A stretch of DNA of 63,320 bases, counting the filler, from Piptocephalis cylindrospora (lineage: Eukaryota): the NCBI GenBank assembly GCA_003614145.1. It is 5 parts of 5 records of this genome, joined end to end, with 100 filler letters (N's around TTAATTAATTAA, not from the genome) between each part and the next. Parts side by side here need not be neighbours in the genome. Positions count along the whole stretch, not along the records: positions 38,282 to 50,760 come from KZ987968.1; positions 50,861 to 63,320 come from KZ987969.1; 3 more parts are not named here. One strand, given 5' to 3'. The first letter of the stretch is position 1; the number at the start of each line of letters is the position of its first letter. The position numbers and the translations under genes are program-made. The notes under the pieces were generated by a model. The model did no database searches. It was not told the origin of the DNA and was given only the letters and a program-made list of their open reading frames with translations. Positions 38,282-50,876 of this stretch are shown piece after piece.

Positions 38282-38501
38282 GTGGGGGGAACCCACAATA
38301 ATGGGTCAATCACCGACATAAGGAATGTCATGGCGGGGACAGGTGTGTGGGAGAAAGAGTAGGCATCCGAGAGTGGATGGACAAAAGGGTAGGGAGTGGG
38401 GGGAGGGAAGGATGAACCCAAGCTGGGAAGAGAGGGTCTTTGATTCTCTCTTCTCATACCATCCATCTGTTAAGTTCCATCTCCCTGATCCATTCCATTC
38501 C

Positions 38502-38962
38502 ATTCATTTTTTTTCTTGCAAAATTGGCATATATTTTGAATTAGAGCCCATACAGCGTGGGTGGAACCCACATAAGAGATCATTGAGAAGAGAGGAATGG
38601 AAAACAGGGGGGGAGGTTTTGCCTATGAGGGGCTACTGCCATCATCATCACCTTCATCACCGCCATCACCGCCATCACCACCATCACCTTTTAAAACTGC
38701 TGCCGCCGTGTGGACTTCTTGTAAGATGGGCGCCAATAGAGCGTCATTAAATACTACTCTATGGCGCCCTTCTACATCGCCCGTCTCCTCAACATGAAAC
38801 CATCGGCACAATGCATTTCCCCAATTCCTCTTAAAGTAGGAAGGACGTTTTATCCTAGATGAGTGTCTTAGATCCGTTTGGATCCGTGACTTTACCTCAC
38901 TTAGCCATCGTCCAAAGAGAACCATCGCTGGAGAGATTTCCCCATCAAAATTTAAATTCATT
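38502..38962 (-). mobile_element. Putative 5'-truncated non-LTR retrotransposon copy
   Basis: Open frame resembling an L1/Tx1 ORF2 C-terminus, about 110 nt of 3' UTR, a short A tail, and flanking 7-bp direct repeat ATTCATT (38502-38508 and 38956-38962). Confidence 0.5.
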
Positions 38963-39025
38963 GGTGATTAACCTGTCTTCATTAAGAGCAGCATAATAAT
39001 TTCATTGAAAATCACAAGAAATATA

Positions 39026-39096
39026 GCGTTGGTGGTTTAGTGGTATAATTACCGCCTGCCACGCGGTAGACCGGGGTTCGATTCCCCGCCAACGCA
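39026..39096 (+). tRNA. tRNA-Gly(GCC)
   Basis: GCGTTGG acceptor stem, ACCGC-CTGCCAC-GCGGT anticodon arm, GGTTCGATTCC, T-run after. Confidence 0.96.
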
Positions 39097-39168
39097 GGTT
39101 TTTGCTTTCAAGCTACTTTTTTATACCTTTTATATCAAGGTCCTAAAAATTCAGAATAAAAAGACGAG

Positions 39169-39250
39169 CGACACCTGCAGGATTCGAACCTGCGCGTCCA
39201 AAGGACAATGGCTTAGCAGGCCACCGCGTTAACCACTCCGCCAAAGTGTC
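39169..39250 (-). tRNA. tRNA-Ser(GCT)
   Basis: GACACTTTGGCGGAGTGGTTAACGC...GTGGC-CTGCTAA-GCCAT, long variable arm GTCC-TTT-GGAC, GGTTCGAATCC. Confidence 0.95.
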
Positions 39251-39917
39251 TTTAATTCTAACGAAAAATACATCTAGTGATTACAACACAATAAGATAAC
39301 CTGAAAGGGTGAGGTTGGACTACCCACTTTCTTTTATGGATATGGCCTCAGTTACCTTATTGAAATGACCTCTATCTTCTGTTCTTCCTTTGATCGGAAA
39401 AACCTGACAGGCGCCTTCAACTATTCTCTTTTGTGCTGACATTGTACTTTTCGAATGAAAATTAGAGCATTTTTCGACCCCTTTTACATAATTCCAACTG
39501 AACCCCGAGATCTTCCGGGTGGATAGGATGATTCGTATGGGTGCATGTGTGTGTATGTGTGTGGCCACACACATACACACCATAACTTGAAAGGATTCCG
39601 GATAATCCTAGTAGGTGCGCGCCTCCGTACGACTGGCTCTGTCCCCCCTCTCTTCCGGTTTTCCCTTCTCTCTCTTCCACCCGCCTCTCTCTCGCTTCCC
39701 TCCTGGGTTTGACGTGCACTCTCTTTTCCCCTTCCTTCCTCCTCTCCTTCTTCCCGGTTCCCACTGTTAGGTAGGTTATCTTTGGGCGGTCTTTATTATC
39801 GTCCTTTCTTCCTTTCCCTCGGAGACCGTTCGACTGTCTCCAGCCATGTTGACTCCTTTTGGCTTCTCCACTCACCTCTTCCTATTTGGATATTAGTCTG
39901 ACAAAGGACCCTTGGTC

Positions 39918-41017
39918 ATGTTGCCTCTTGCCCGTTCCTCCGCCCTCCTTTCCGGACGGTTGGTTGCCCGTCAGGCCTTTCCCCAGGTAGGATGGAGGGT
40001 GGGGGTCTATTTTTGCTTGAAGGCTCCTGTCGTCTCCATACTGATGCTTTCATTGTCTTCATCGTGTAGGTCCGCTCAGCTTCCACTGCCACGGTCAAAC
40101 AGGTGAAAAAATTTCGTGCTTTCTTTATATATTTTCCCTTTAAGTATCCTCATTTTCCTTCCCTTCTCCCTGCTCATTTATAGGCATCCTCCAATGCCAA
40201 ATACACCACTCTCGCTGGTCTCGGCCTAGGAATGACGGCGACCTACGCTTACCTTCAGAAACAGAGTGCTCAGGCCCACACAGAGACTGGCGAGACGGGT
40301 CTACACGCGCCTCACCTCCCCTGGGAGCACCATAGCCCCTTCAAGACCTTTGATCATGCGGCCATCCGTCGTGGATATCAAGTGTACAAGGAGGTGTGTG
40401 CGGCGTGCCACTCGATGGACCGGATTGCCTTCCGGAACCTAATTGGGGTATCCCATACTTCGGACGAGGCTAAGAGCCAGGCCGAGGAGTTTGAGTACCA
40501 GGATGGACCCAATGACGAAGGAGAGATGTTCCAGAGGCCTGGAAAGCCCGCTGACTACTTTCCCAGGCCCTATGCCAATGACGAAGCTGCTCGTGCTGCC
40601 AATGGAGGATCCCTTCCTCCGGATCTTTCTCTGATGGTCAAAGCCCGTCACGGAGGAGAGGACTACGTATTTGCCCTCCTCACTGGGTACGAGGATCCTC
40701 CGGCTGGTGTTGAGATTCGCGATGGTCTCAACTACAACCCGTACTTCCCTGGTGGGTCCATTTCCATGGCACGTACCCTCTTTGATGGAGTGGTGGAGTA
40801 TGAAGATGGAACACCGGCTACGACAATTCAGATGGCCAAGGATGTCACGACGTTCCTTGCTTGGGCCGCCGAGCCTGAGCATGATGATCGTAAGCGACTC
40901 GGCCTTAAGGCTGTGATCATTCTTTCCGCGCTTACTGCCTTGTCGGTTTGGCTCAAGCGATTCAAGTGGGCTGCCCTCAAGAACCGCAAGTTCCGCTTCA
41001 TTCCCCCCACCAAATAA
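39918..41017 (+). CDS. CYT1: Cytochrome c1, mitochondrial
   Basis: [15 protein letters not shown] heme motif, [25 protein letters not shown]-terminal TM; presequence split by two introns. Confidence 0.98.
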
Positions 41018-41785
41018 GGCTAGGGAGTTTAGATGTGGATGCGAGTCTCTTTGATGAGGATATGGTGCAGTGGAGGCGTTTCGTAGAGTAAGGCCCAAGT
41101 AGACTGGTGGGATCCAGCTAGGAGAGAGATTGGTGGTTTTGATAGTGAAAAGAAGTGATGGGGGGTAGGCAACGGTGGCAATGGATGTGAGATTCCTATT
41201 TTTCCGAGGCTATTCTTTTTGATCCACTGTTTAAATGGATAAGGGCGCGCATTTAGAAGCCTTTACCAACAAAATCGTGACGTGCAAGGGTTTGTCGGAT
41301 ACTACCGTTATTAGACGACCCATAGGATTACGAGCCCATTTGGCTTGGTTGATCCTTTTGTCACTCGATCATCCTTCTTGATGTTATCGCCTTGTCCACG
41401 ATACCTATTGGATGTGCAAAATGGGCTATTTATGGCACTCTGGCAGCTAATGTCGACTTACATTGTAGTAACTAGAAGCGAAGGGCATTTTAATAAGCGA
41501 AAACACTCACTTCAATTGCTCTTCACTCCATTTCCTCGCTCCGCCTCGGGCATGGTCACTGACACCAAACAGTTGAGCTACTTTATGCCTCAAGGCCTTA
41601 AACCTTTCTTTTTCCTGCTTCTTCCATCCACAGAGCTCGACTTTCTCCCCTTCTGTTCCGTTCTATCCCGTTTTAAACGCAGTACGATACCAAATCTTCT
41701 TTCCCTAGACACCACCGGCCGTGTACCCTTTCCCCTTAAATCAGCTCGCCTCTCTCCCAGTTTGTTGAGGTAGCCTCGGTGGACC

Positions 41786-44296
41786 ATGGCACCGTTACGT
41801 TTTAGCGTTTCGACCTGGCCTTTATTTTGCTCACTATGCGTGCCTCGGCCCACGCCTCTCCTTAGATCGCCTTTCCTTTTCTGGAGCCCCCGGCCAGGGA
41901 AAGAAATGGGATTGGTAGTGAGCATCCTGACTCCCTCTCGTGCATCGTACTCGTCGTTCTTCCCGAAGAGGACCGTGTCGCGTACCACCCAGACCCTTCG
42001 CCGGAAGCGACGTGCCTCTGCCCCGGATGCCCCCGCGAAGAGTGTTTTGTCATCTCCCTCCCAGTCCGATGGTGCAAGCGAAGGCCCTGCCTCCCATGAC
42101 ATCTCCACTGTCCTGGATCATCTTCAGCTGACAGCCGAGCGTATTGCGCGACTTTACCCTTCGTCGGCGCGTCGTCTGCCTGCCCCCGACCAATTAGCTC
42201 GAAGCCTCGCTATTTCCTCCCCACCCACGGAAACTGTGTCCTTTTTTATTCTCCAAATCCGAGCCCTGACCCCGCACACACCCCCAGAGCATGCGCGATC
42301 CTTGATGCTGTCCTTGCTACGACTGAGCCCATACGGACCGCATCGGGAGCTTCTTGAACGGGGCTGGGTCCGGCTGACGCGAATGGGATTCCCGCATCTG
42401 GCATCTGTTCTTCGTAACCATATGGCCCAGATACCCGGGAGGACGCGGGGCCCCAACGCCAATCCAATTGTGCGCCTGACTGAGCGACGTAGCAAGCTTA
42501 ACCAAATCTTCTCCGGTCATCTCTCCACCACGGCCATCAACAAGGTGTACAATGAGGCCCTGACCTCACGTCCGGCGCAAGCGATTAGTATGATGGAACG
42601 AACAGATTTTTTGGCCATGCACGCCCGTGGAGGTCGTGTGGATGAGGCCTTGCGGGTCTTTCGGGACATGCGCAATGAGGGTATGCAGCCCTCGGAGGTG
42701 ACTTGGACGGCGTTATTGTATGCGTACGCCCGAGCCTGGGATCTCGAAGGTCTCTGGGCCATGTACTCTCGGTTCCGGGCCACGAAACTTCCGCACACCC
42801 CGGTGACCCTGGCCGTGCTGATGCGGGCCTATGCTCGTGACGGTAATCTGCCCTTAGTCCTCTTCTTCGCCCGAATGCGGCGGCAATTGGCGCTAAGTCC
42901 GGCATGGCCTGGCATGGAGGAGGATGCGTTAGTAGAGGCAGCAGCTCGACGGGGCGATGTGGTTCGGGCCATCCGATACCATAGACAAGCCCTTACCGCC
43001 CACCACTTTCCGGGGCCGGAAACGAGAAAAGCCTTTCTCCGGTGCTTGGATCTAACATCGCGTCGGCCACGCACTGGGAAGATTGGACGGAGACAGCAGA
43101 GATGGCGGGGCATGTTCACGTCGGATGGCCGAGGGGAGCAGGTGGTGGACATGGGTCGCACTCTTCGGGAGATCTACATGGCTTGGGAAAGTCATGGACT
43201 TCTACAGAGCCCACATACGGCGGCATCTTTTTGCGCCCGGTTTTGCCGGTCCGGGGATATTGTCATGGCCAACCGGGCCTTTGGGGCTGTACCCAAGCCT
43301 ACACGACAGGCGCAGACTTCCATGCTTCGGCTGTATGCCCGGGCCAAGGATTGGGCCGGAGCTCGATGGGTGGCTGGTCAAGTCATGGCGTCGGAACCCC
43401 CCATGGTCCCGGATATCCCCTTTTTCGCGGCCTTGACTCATGTAGCCGCTTCAGCCTGGAACCCTCGGGGTATCCGATGGTGCCTAGATACTTCGGCCTT
43501 CATCCTGGGCCCAGATGTCTCGCAGCAGCGGGCCCTAGCTACAGCCCTTTGGGGAGCTGGACGGAGGGGACATGTGGCTGGGGCGGTTGGATACTGGAGG
43601 GCGTCATTATCCTCCCTATCCTCAGGCCCTACTCCCTTCATGATTGTTTGGCTGTGGATGGCGTACGCCCGGGCAAATCCTCAACACTGGGCCGGGGCCA
43701 TGTCGGTGGGTAGGTCATGGGAGGAGCGGCATCGAGCATGGTGGCGAGATGATCTGAAAGGAGCCCTAGGCCCGGCAGCTACGGAGGCTCTGGACGAAGC
43801 GGTGAATTTTGGAGTGTATGGAGAGTTGGAGACTTGGGCTCACTCCCCCGAAGGGCGCATGGTTTTGGGGCTTAGGGAGGGCGCTCTAGGAGTATCTCCG
43901 GCCACCAAGCTGCTTCGTAGCCTTCATGCCAGGACCCTGAGGGTGGATGTAGATACAAGTTGTTCGTACGTGGATGTGCCCCTCACCGAGCAGGATCTTA
44001 AGAGAATTACAAACCCTATGGGCCCCGGAACCCGATATGATAATGAACGGGATTGGCCGATCATGCCTCTCCCCACACCTCTGGAGCTATGGAGGACTAT
44101 GCTATCCTTGAAGGTGCCGCTCAACACTAATACGTGCAATCTAGCCCTCACTGTAATGGCTCGATGGGGAAGTGCGATGGGGATGTATGAGGTGAACAGC
44201 TGGATAAGGAATGTGGGTGGCTATCCAATCCGGAGAGCTCTACGCCAACGAGTCGATGAGGAGCAGTCCCTCGGTCTTGGGATATTCGAGCCTTGA
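41786..44296 (+). CDS. Pentatricopeptide repeat protein, probably mitochondrial
   Basis: PPR motifs ARGGRVDEALRVFRDMRNEGMQPSEVTWTALLYAYARA and TPVTLAVLMRAYARDG; Arg/Ser-rich N-terminus. Confidence 0.88.
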   Translation: MAPLRFSVSTWPLFCSLCVPRPTPLLRSPFLFWSPRPGKEMGLVVSILTPSRASYSSFFPKRTVSRTTQTLRRKRRASAPDAPAKSVLSSPSQSDGASEGPASHDISTVLDHLQLTAERIARLYPSSARRLPAPDQLARSLAISSPPTETVSFFILQIRALTPHTPPEHARSLMLSLLRLSPYGPHRELLERGWVRLTRMGFPHLASVLRNHMAQIPGRTRGPNANPIVRLTERRSKLNQIFSGHLSTTAINKVYNEALTSRPAQAISMMERTDFLAMHARGGRVDEALRVFRDMRNEGMQPSEVTWTALLYAYARAWDLEGLWAMYSRFRATKLPHTPVTLAVLMRAYARDGNLPLVLFFARMRRQLALSPAWPGMEEDALVEAAARRGDVVRAIRYHRQALTAHHFPGPETRKAFLRCLDLTSRRPRTGKIGRRQQRWRGMFTSDGRGEQVVDMGRTLREIYMAWESHGLLQSPHTAASFCARFCRSGDIVMANRAFGAVPKPTRQAQTSMLRLYARAKDWAGARWVAGQVMASEPPMVPDIPFFAALTHVAASAWNPRGIRWCLDTSAFILGPDVSQQRALATALWGAGRRGHVAGAVGYWRASLSSLSSGPTPFMIVWLWMAYARANPQHWAGAMSVGRSWEERHRAWWRDDLKGALGPAATEALDEAVNFGVYGELETWAHSPEGRMVLGLREGALGVSPATKLLRSLHARTLRVDVDTSCSYVDVPLTEQDLKRITNPMGPGTRYDNERDWPIMPLPTPLELWRTMLSLKVPLNTNTCNLALTVMARWGSAMGMYEVNSWIRNVGGYPIRRALRQRVDEEQSLGLGIFEP

Positions 44297-44941
44297 GAAA
44301 GGAGAGATGTACTTGTAGAGAATAGAAAGGCTGATTCGATGTATTTCCTAAGCGCCTGTCACGCATCTCCTGGTGTTGTCACATTGCCAGATCACACCGC
44401 ATTCCTTCCTTTCTTGATCATTTCGTACATTTGGATTTTACTAATGGGAAGAGTATATACTCATGACGTGTTGTCATTATACGCGTTGTTCTCACAATCC
44501 TTTAGATCCCGTGCATTGATCTTATATAATAAAGTGATAAAGGGCCTTTCCGCTCGCTCGTCGCTGGGATCCCGAGGAGGCAAGTGCATCTCCGTCTTCC
44601 CTGCATCTGGGAGAGCTGCTCGATAAACGTCTAGGCTTTGCTCATCCGACCTACCTTCCACATCCACTGTCCACATTGTACACACACGCACAACACTGTA
44701 AGATAGACCTTCCCATCCACCAGCAGGGATCGTCGCTGCCTCTCTTTGGGGACGAGGCAGAATGTACGCAGCCTAGAGTATGCACAAGATGCCCTTTCCT
44801 TTATAAGCAGGGGCAGGGAGTTGGGCTCCTTATTTACGCACGTCAACCCCTTCATACTTTCCTTTCCTCTCCCTCTCTTCTCTTTCTCTCGGTCTCTACC
44901 AGCATTTCTGTCTCTCTACCTACGTTGCTTTCCTTCTACCA

Positions 44942-47287
44942 ATGACATCTCCAGGTGCCTCCCCATGGTTAGACCCTACCCGAGATGCTTTCCCAGGATC
45001 TGGGGGCCCATCCGCTTCATTTCCTTCTTCAGTTTTTGCCTCTACTGCCGGTTCAGCTCTTCCAGAGGCTAATGTCTACTGCTGTGCCGTGGATCGGGCA
45101 TTACATAATCCTTCCACACCCCTATCTCTGGTCTCGGCCGCCATGGTTGGGGGTAATAGTGGAAGTGGTGGTGGCATTAGCTCGTATCTTTCCCGATCAT
45201 CGGCCTCTCGATCCACCACGTCTCCCCCAAGTCATCCCACACCCTCCTTGCCTTCAGCCCAGTCTTCATCCTCCACATCGACTGGTCATCCCTCGAATGG
45301 CCATTCTCTGGCCCCTCCATCCTCGATTTCCTCATCCCAGATGCACCACTCCCTTCTGCTTTCCTCTACCATCTCCCTTCCCCCTCAGGGCTCCACATCT
45401 GCCCCGCCTCACCATGCCTCCCATTCACGCTCCTCCTCTTCCTCCTCCCCCTCTTCGAGCTCCGCTGCTGCCTCCTCAGCCCCTCATATTGAGTACACTA
45501 TACGGTACGGGAACACCACTCTGACTCGGAGGTACTCGGAATTTGCGGCTCTTCGAGAGGCCCTGGTCCGTCTTCACCCTGCTTGCATTGTCCCTCCGGT
45601 CCCGGAGAAGCATACCCTGGTGGAAATGGCTGAGGTTCGGGCCCGTGGTCGGGAGGACTGGATGCTCGTGGAGAGACGTAAGCGTCAATTGAGCACTTTT
45701 CTCCGCCGACTTGCCCGTCATCCCATCCTCGCTACTGAGCATGTCCTTCATCGTTTCCTTGAGCCTGATGTTCTTTGGGTAAGATATAATCCATATCCTA
45801 GGCGAATTTGCGTTTGTATTTATAGGGCGATCACCTGAACTTCCCCCCTTCCCCCTCCCCCCTTCCTCCTTATAGACAACAATTATCAGCGAGGAGCCTC
45901 TCGCATCTCTGCCCCGACTTTCCGGGAGTCAGAGGATCTCTTTAGTCCCTCATGGACAGGGATTATTAGCCCCTCCCCTTCCTGCCATTGCCGGGACACC
46001 ACAGCCTAAGCACCCAGACCCCAGGTTTCGGGGGGCTGAGGAAGAGGCTGAGCGTTTTCACAAGGCCTTGCGTGATTCGGTCGAAGCTCCACATCGTCGG
46101 GTCTCCCGGAAGCTTGGGGACATGGCTCAGACGAATGCTGAGCTAGGTGCCATTTACAATGGGTTTTCCCTCTCCGAGGGGGCCGGAGCCGGATTGGCTC
46201 TGGAACGGGTGGGCCAAGCCGTGGATGCCTCCTTCATCAGTGGTCAATCCCTTACCACGGCCTTGGAGAGTGGGGTGGGAGAGGTGCTTGGGGAGTACGG
46301 GAGGTTCTGGGCTTCGGTTACCGAATCTCTCGGCTGGAGACGGAGTCGGCATGTACGTGTAGAGATGCTTGCTGCGGCTCTGGAGCGGAAGCGTGCTGTC
46401 TTAACAGAGCTGGAGGGTGGCAACCTTGGTGTGGTTCAAGTTCCTGGTAAAACTATTGGTGAGGAGGATAATGGGAATACTGGTAGTGGTGATGAAGAGG
46501 GAGAAGAAGAGGAGGAGGAAGAGGAGGAAGAAGAGGATGAAGAGGCGGGTGAGAATGAAGTAGAAGTCGAAGAAGATGGGACCAATGATACAGAGGAGAG
46601 GACCAGTAGGCCATATGGCATCACTCGTACCCCTTCATCCCCCGAATCGTCAACCTCGGCCTCTTTATCCCCTTCGCCCTCGCCCGTCGCTTTCGTTCCT
46701 CAAGGCGAGACTGACCTAGGTATTCAATCCATCACGGACTCGGCTGAAGTGAGTGATCTTAGTGAGGGCCATTCAGATGATTGGGGTGAGGCTAAGGCGG
46801 CCGTCACCGCAGGATCCTCTACTCCTCCCCCATCCTCGCGGACCAAAAAGCCTCCTGTTCCAACTCTCAGGCCCCCACCCCACTCCCATCCCCGGAGGAA
46901 AGGGACAGGAATCTTTGGTCGGCTGGCTGGGGTCTTCCAGGGGATGTTGGATGTGGATCCGGAGACCACTCGTCGGGACCATGTGGGGAAGACGAGAAAT
47001 GAGATCATACTCCTAGAACGCGAGTTGGAGGATGCCTCCGACCAGCTTGACCGAGCCAATGCTGCCGTTCTCCAGGAGCTCGATCGATACCATCGACTCC
47101 GAGCCCGTGATCTTCGCCAGTGGATGCTAGCTTATAGCAAGATCCATGCTACTTGGTGCCACAAGGTAAGGCCATGACTGGTTGGGAGAAGCGATTTTGT
47201 CTGTGGACTTATCCTCTCTTCTCATAGAATCTAAAGATGTGGGAGGAGGCCAGGGAAGAGGTCGAAAGGGTAGAGTCGTTCCCCTAG
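44942..47287 (+). CDS. PX-BAR sorting nexin (Snx41/Atg20-like)
   Basis: PX motifs RRYSEFAALRE..L...HPACIVPPVPEK and RRKRQLSTFL; BAR with ELGAIYNGFSL and DVDPETTRR; two introns. Confidence 0.88.
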
Positions 47288-47577
47288 ACAAGATCATCTC
47301 TTTCTGTGTGTCGCGACTGTATGTAGAGAAGATACAAGCATGAGTCTAGTGGATAGGGAAAGGATGCTACGTGTACTGTGTGTGTGCGTGCGTGTGTGTG
47401 TATGTGCCAAAAAAAAAGAAAGACAAGTTGTTTCTTTATAATACCGACTTTATGACTTCTCACGCCATTAAAGTCGCTATGCACACACACACTATCTCTC
47501 TCCATCCATAAAGGCGTTATCCTCACCACATGTCATTCTATCATCATCGATCTAAACATACAGGCCGTTCCCTTATC

Positions 47578-50500
47578 CTACCTACCTCCCACCTTTACTG
47601 CCTCCTTCACTGTGCTATCCTCCTTGCCGCCACCACTGCCCACACCAAAGCCCCAGACGGGCTTGGATCCACGTCGCTTTCCCCCTTCCCCATACTCATC
47701 ATCCCATTTCCGAAGGTCCACAAGGCTCGACATGCCGTCCGAACAACTGGGACCCACCTCCTGTAAAGCCCCCTCCACATGTCTCATTTCCACTACGCGC
47801 GGAGGGGAGGATGGAGCCGAATCCTGAGCGGAAGAGGAATTGCGAAGAGCCTCCAGATCTAATATTTCCTCTCGACTCAAGGCAGCTTGTCCGATTACCT
47901 GTTCCTGGACGGCTGAGAGGGCTGCTGTGACACACATATGCTTCAGATCCGAGCCTGAGTAGTGATCTGTCCGTTGGGCCAACCATTCGGTGGTCACGCC
48001 CTCACCCAAAATCTCGCCCTTGAGGTGTAGATCCAAAATTTTCTTTCTCTCCTCCAGACCTGGCAAATCCACTGGAAAAAATGAACAAAAAGTGAGCTTT
48101 TACTCTCTTTCCGTCATAGTGGAGCATTTCAGACTCTCCCACTTACCTAAAATCCGTCGAGGCATACGACGAAGAACGGCATCATCCAGATCAAAGGGCC
48201 TGTTGGTAGCGCCCATGACCACAACACCTTTGTTCGCCGACGCCAAACCATCCCATTCAAGCATGAATTGATTAATGATGGTCCGGGACCACTGAGCCTT
48301 TTCCCCAGAACGAGCAGCAAAAATGGCATCGACTTCATCTAGGAAAATAACGCATGGAGAGACCTTGCGGGCCAGAGAGAAGATGGCTCGGACCGTACTT
48401 TCTCCCTCTCCCACGTACTTTTGAAACACGTCACTACCTCGGACTTCAAGCACCGCTGATCCGGATTCCTTAGCGACGGCCCGGGCTAACATGGTCTTGC
48501 CTGTGCCAGGTGGGCCAAATAGAAGTACACCACCGATGTGGTGCTTGGCAAGAATGCCCGTGGCGAATAGGTCGGGTCGGAGAAGTGGGAGAGTGATAAG
48601 AGTTTGAAGGGTACGAAGGGTTCGGGGTCGGGTGCAGACATCAGCAAAGCGAGTTTCCAAGGTGTCAGGATTAACTAGGGCAGGCAGCAGCTTCTTTTCA
48701 TACTGATCCCATTTCTTGACGGGCGATCTAGAGGAGGAAGAGGAGGAGGAGGAGGAGGAAGAGGAGGGAGAGGGGGTGAGGGGAGGGATACGGGACTCTA
48801 CGGTATGAATGGCATCCCGAAGGTGCTTCGATCGGACAGTAGTGGGGACACCGGGAAGAGGGCCAGCCTCGGCTGACGCAATGCCCACAGCATGAAGGGC
48901 GATGCGTAGGGTTAGATGCTCGGACCAGGCTCCCATTTTCTCATAGGGAAGGGGAGAAGGGGGATGGTGTTCGGAAATAGAGGCATCTTGATCAAAGAAA
49001 TGGGTATCTTGTCCAAGCAAAAGACCTTCATCTAGGGCTGGGGGATCTCCTAGGGATATAGTGGCGCCCGAGGCACGAACTAGATGAGCTAAATTCTTTC
49101 CGTTGCCATCCGCTAGTCGATCTTTCTCATAGGAGTCGATGAGAAGGGGAAGGACCTCCCGACCCTCTTGCCCTTCAACCTCTGGAGCAGGGATGTGGAG
49201 AGGGAGGGTGCGTTGGTCAAGGAGAAGGCGAGAGAGAGGAGGGAAGGTTCGACGAAGATGGGTATGAAACGCCGCTGGGTCCTGGAACGGGGATTGATGT
49301 CCCAGGTGTGTAGGGTTCAGGGCTAGGACTAGAGCACACGGAGTCCCTCGATCCTTTTGAATGCGGGTAGCCTCGAGCAAAGACCGAAGAACCTGGGCCC
49401 CTCCAGTGGTGGAAAGGAGAAGGGTGGCATCCCGGATGAGGAGGATACGGGGGGAGTTCTGGGCCTGGGAGGACCATAAGGAGGTTAAATGATTAGAGAG
49501 GGCATCTCCAGGGAAGGAAGAGGGGGTGGAGATGTCATTGAACCGGTCCTCGGCCTCTAGATCCGTAGGAAAAGAGGTAGACCCCTCAGAAAGATGGATT
49601 TTCCCTCGGGAAAAGAATGAGTCTCCAGGAACAATCTTCATCATCATGTGCGATTTGAGGTTCTTGAGGAATCCTTCTTCTTCGGGGCCTTCGTCGCCAT
49701 CCGATGCATCATCCTCATCATCATCTTCGTCGTCATCTTCCTCCTCGTCATTATCCTCATCTAGAGCGGGGGGCCGATTTAGCGAAGAAGGATGGGGGTG
49801 TTTGTGGCCGGGGATTTGAGGCTGCTTCTCTTCCTGGGATGGAGAATTCCCACCCCCGTCCAAATCTCCGGGGGAAGGGGTCATTAGGGCTGCCTTGACC
49901 GACGGGGCAGGGGGAAAAAGAGGCCAAGGAGAGGCCTGTTGATGGGAAGGAAGGAAGGGGGAGCAGAGGTCACGGAGGTCATGGGCGTCAAGGGTGGTGA
50001 TGGAGGCATTGAGATGGGCTGCGGCTCTGGACACAACCGAGTGAATCCAGCCCCCCGAGCCCCGAATATGGCAATGGAGTGAGAGAGCCTTAGTAGGGGA
50101 TGTGCCGAGGGAGGACGTCTTGGAGGAGTAGGTGGGGGAGGATGGGAGGGCGCATGCTCGTAGGAGACGGACCAGCTCAACCGTGACATCCACTGGTGGT
50201 TGTCCATATACCAGAGATGATTTTGGGGTATTTGGGGTCAGTACATAAGATTGATCCGTAGTCGGGGCCGTAGTCCTGGAAGAAAGGTAGGTAGTAGACT
50301 GTACCATGGCTTTGAATTGGGCAGGGCCCGTGGGTGGAGATGTGTCCTCCAAGGAGGAAGGATGAAGGCTTCTCCTTGCTCGTCGAGTCCTCTCTGCATA
50401 TCCTATTCGAGGGCCCTGAGCCCTGGGTGGATTGGGGGTCTCTGGGCTAGAAGCGTCTGGATCTGGGGCTGGGGATGCCCCTGCAGTGTAGGCTCGCCTT

Positions 50501-50595
50501 GCGCCCCGGGCCAAGGGGATATGATCGAGCTGGAGCATGCGTGGGTGGAGTCGGTTCGCGGAGCTCCGTGCCCGAGTCCATCCGACGCGAAGCAT
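47578..50595 (-). CDS. AAA+ ATPase of the Msp1/ATAD1-related group with a long N-terminal extension
   Basis: Walker A GVLLFGPPGTGKT, Walker B VIFLDEVD, NQFMLEWDG, GATNRPFDLDDAVLRR, YSGSDL; Arg-rich N-terminus; one intron. Confidence 0.9.
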
Positions 50596-50649
50596 GTCGA
50601 CGGAAGATGATGGTCAAGGGTGGGATCGATCTATCCGAGCTAGGATGTA

Positions 50650-50714
50650 GGGGGGGGGGGGGGGGGGGGGGGGGGGAAAGGGGGGGGGGGGGGGGGGGGG
50701 GGGGGAGGGGGGGG
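50650..50714. repeat. Poly-G tract near a contig end
   Basis: About 65 nt of nearly pure G. Confidence 0.85.
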
Positions 50715-50760
50715 AGACCAGGGTACCTAGTATGATTGGTGAGTGGTGGTGTCGGGGGCT

Positions 50761-50860
50761 NNNNNNNNNNNNNNNNNNNNNNNNNNNNNNNNNNNNNNNN
50801 NNNNTTAATTAATTAANNNNNNNNNNNNNNNNNNNNNNNNNNNNNNNNNNNNNNNNNNNN
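50761..50860. other. Artificial contig spacer
   Basis: N44-TTAATTAATTAA-N44. Confidence 0.97.
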
Positions 50861-50876
50861 TGTCAATCCATCCAAC

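Noticed and set aside
50650..50714. Poly-G tract as a functional G-quadruplex
   Set aside because: It lies close to a contig end where poly-G artefacts are common; cannot be validated here.
12759..50816. TTAATTAATTAA recurring about every 12.6 kb as a biological periodic element
   Set aside because: Always centred in N runs; it is a concatenation linker.
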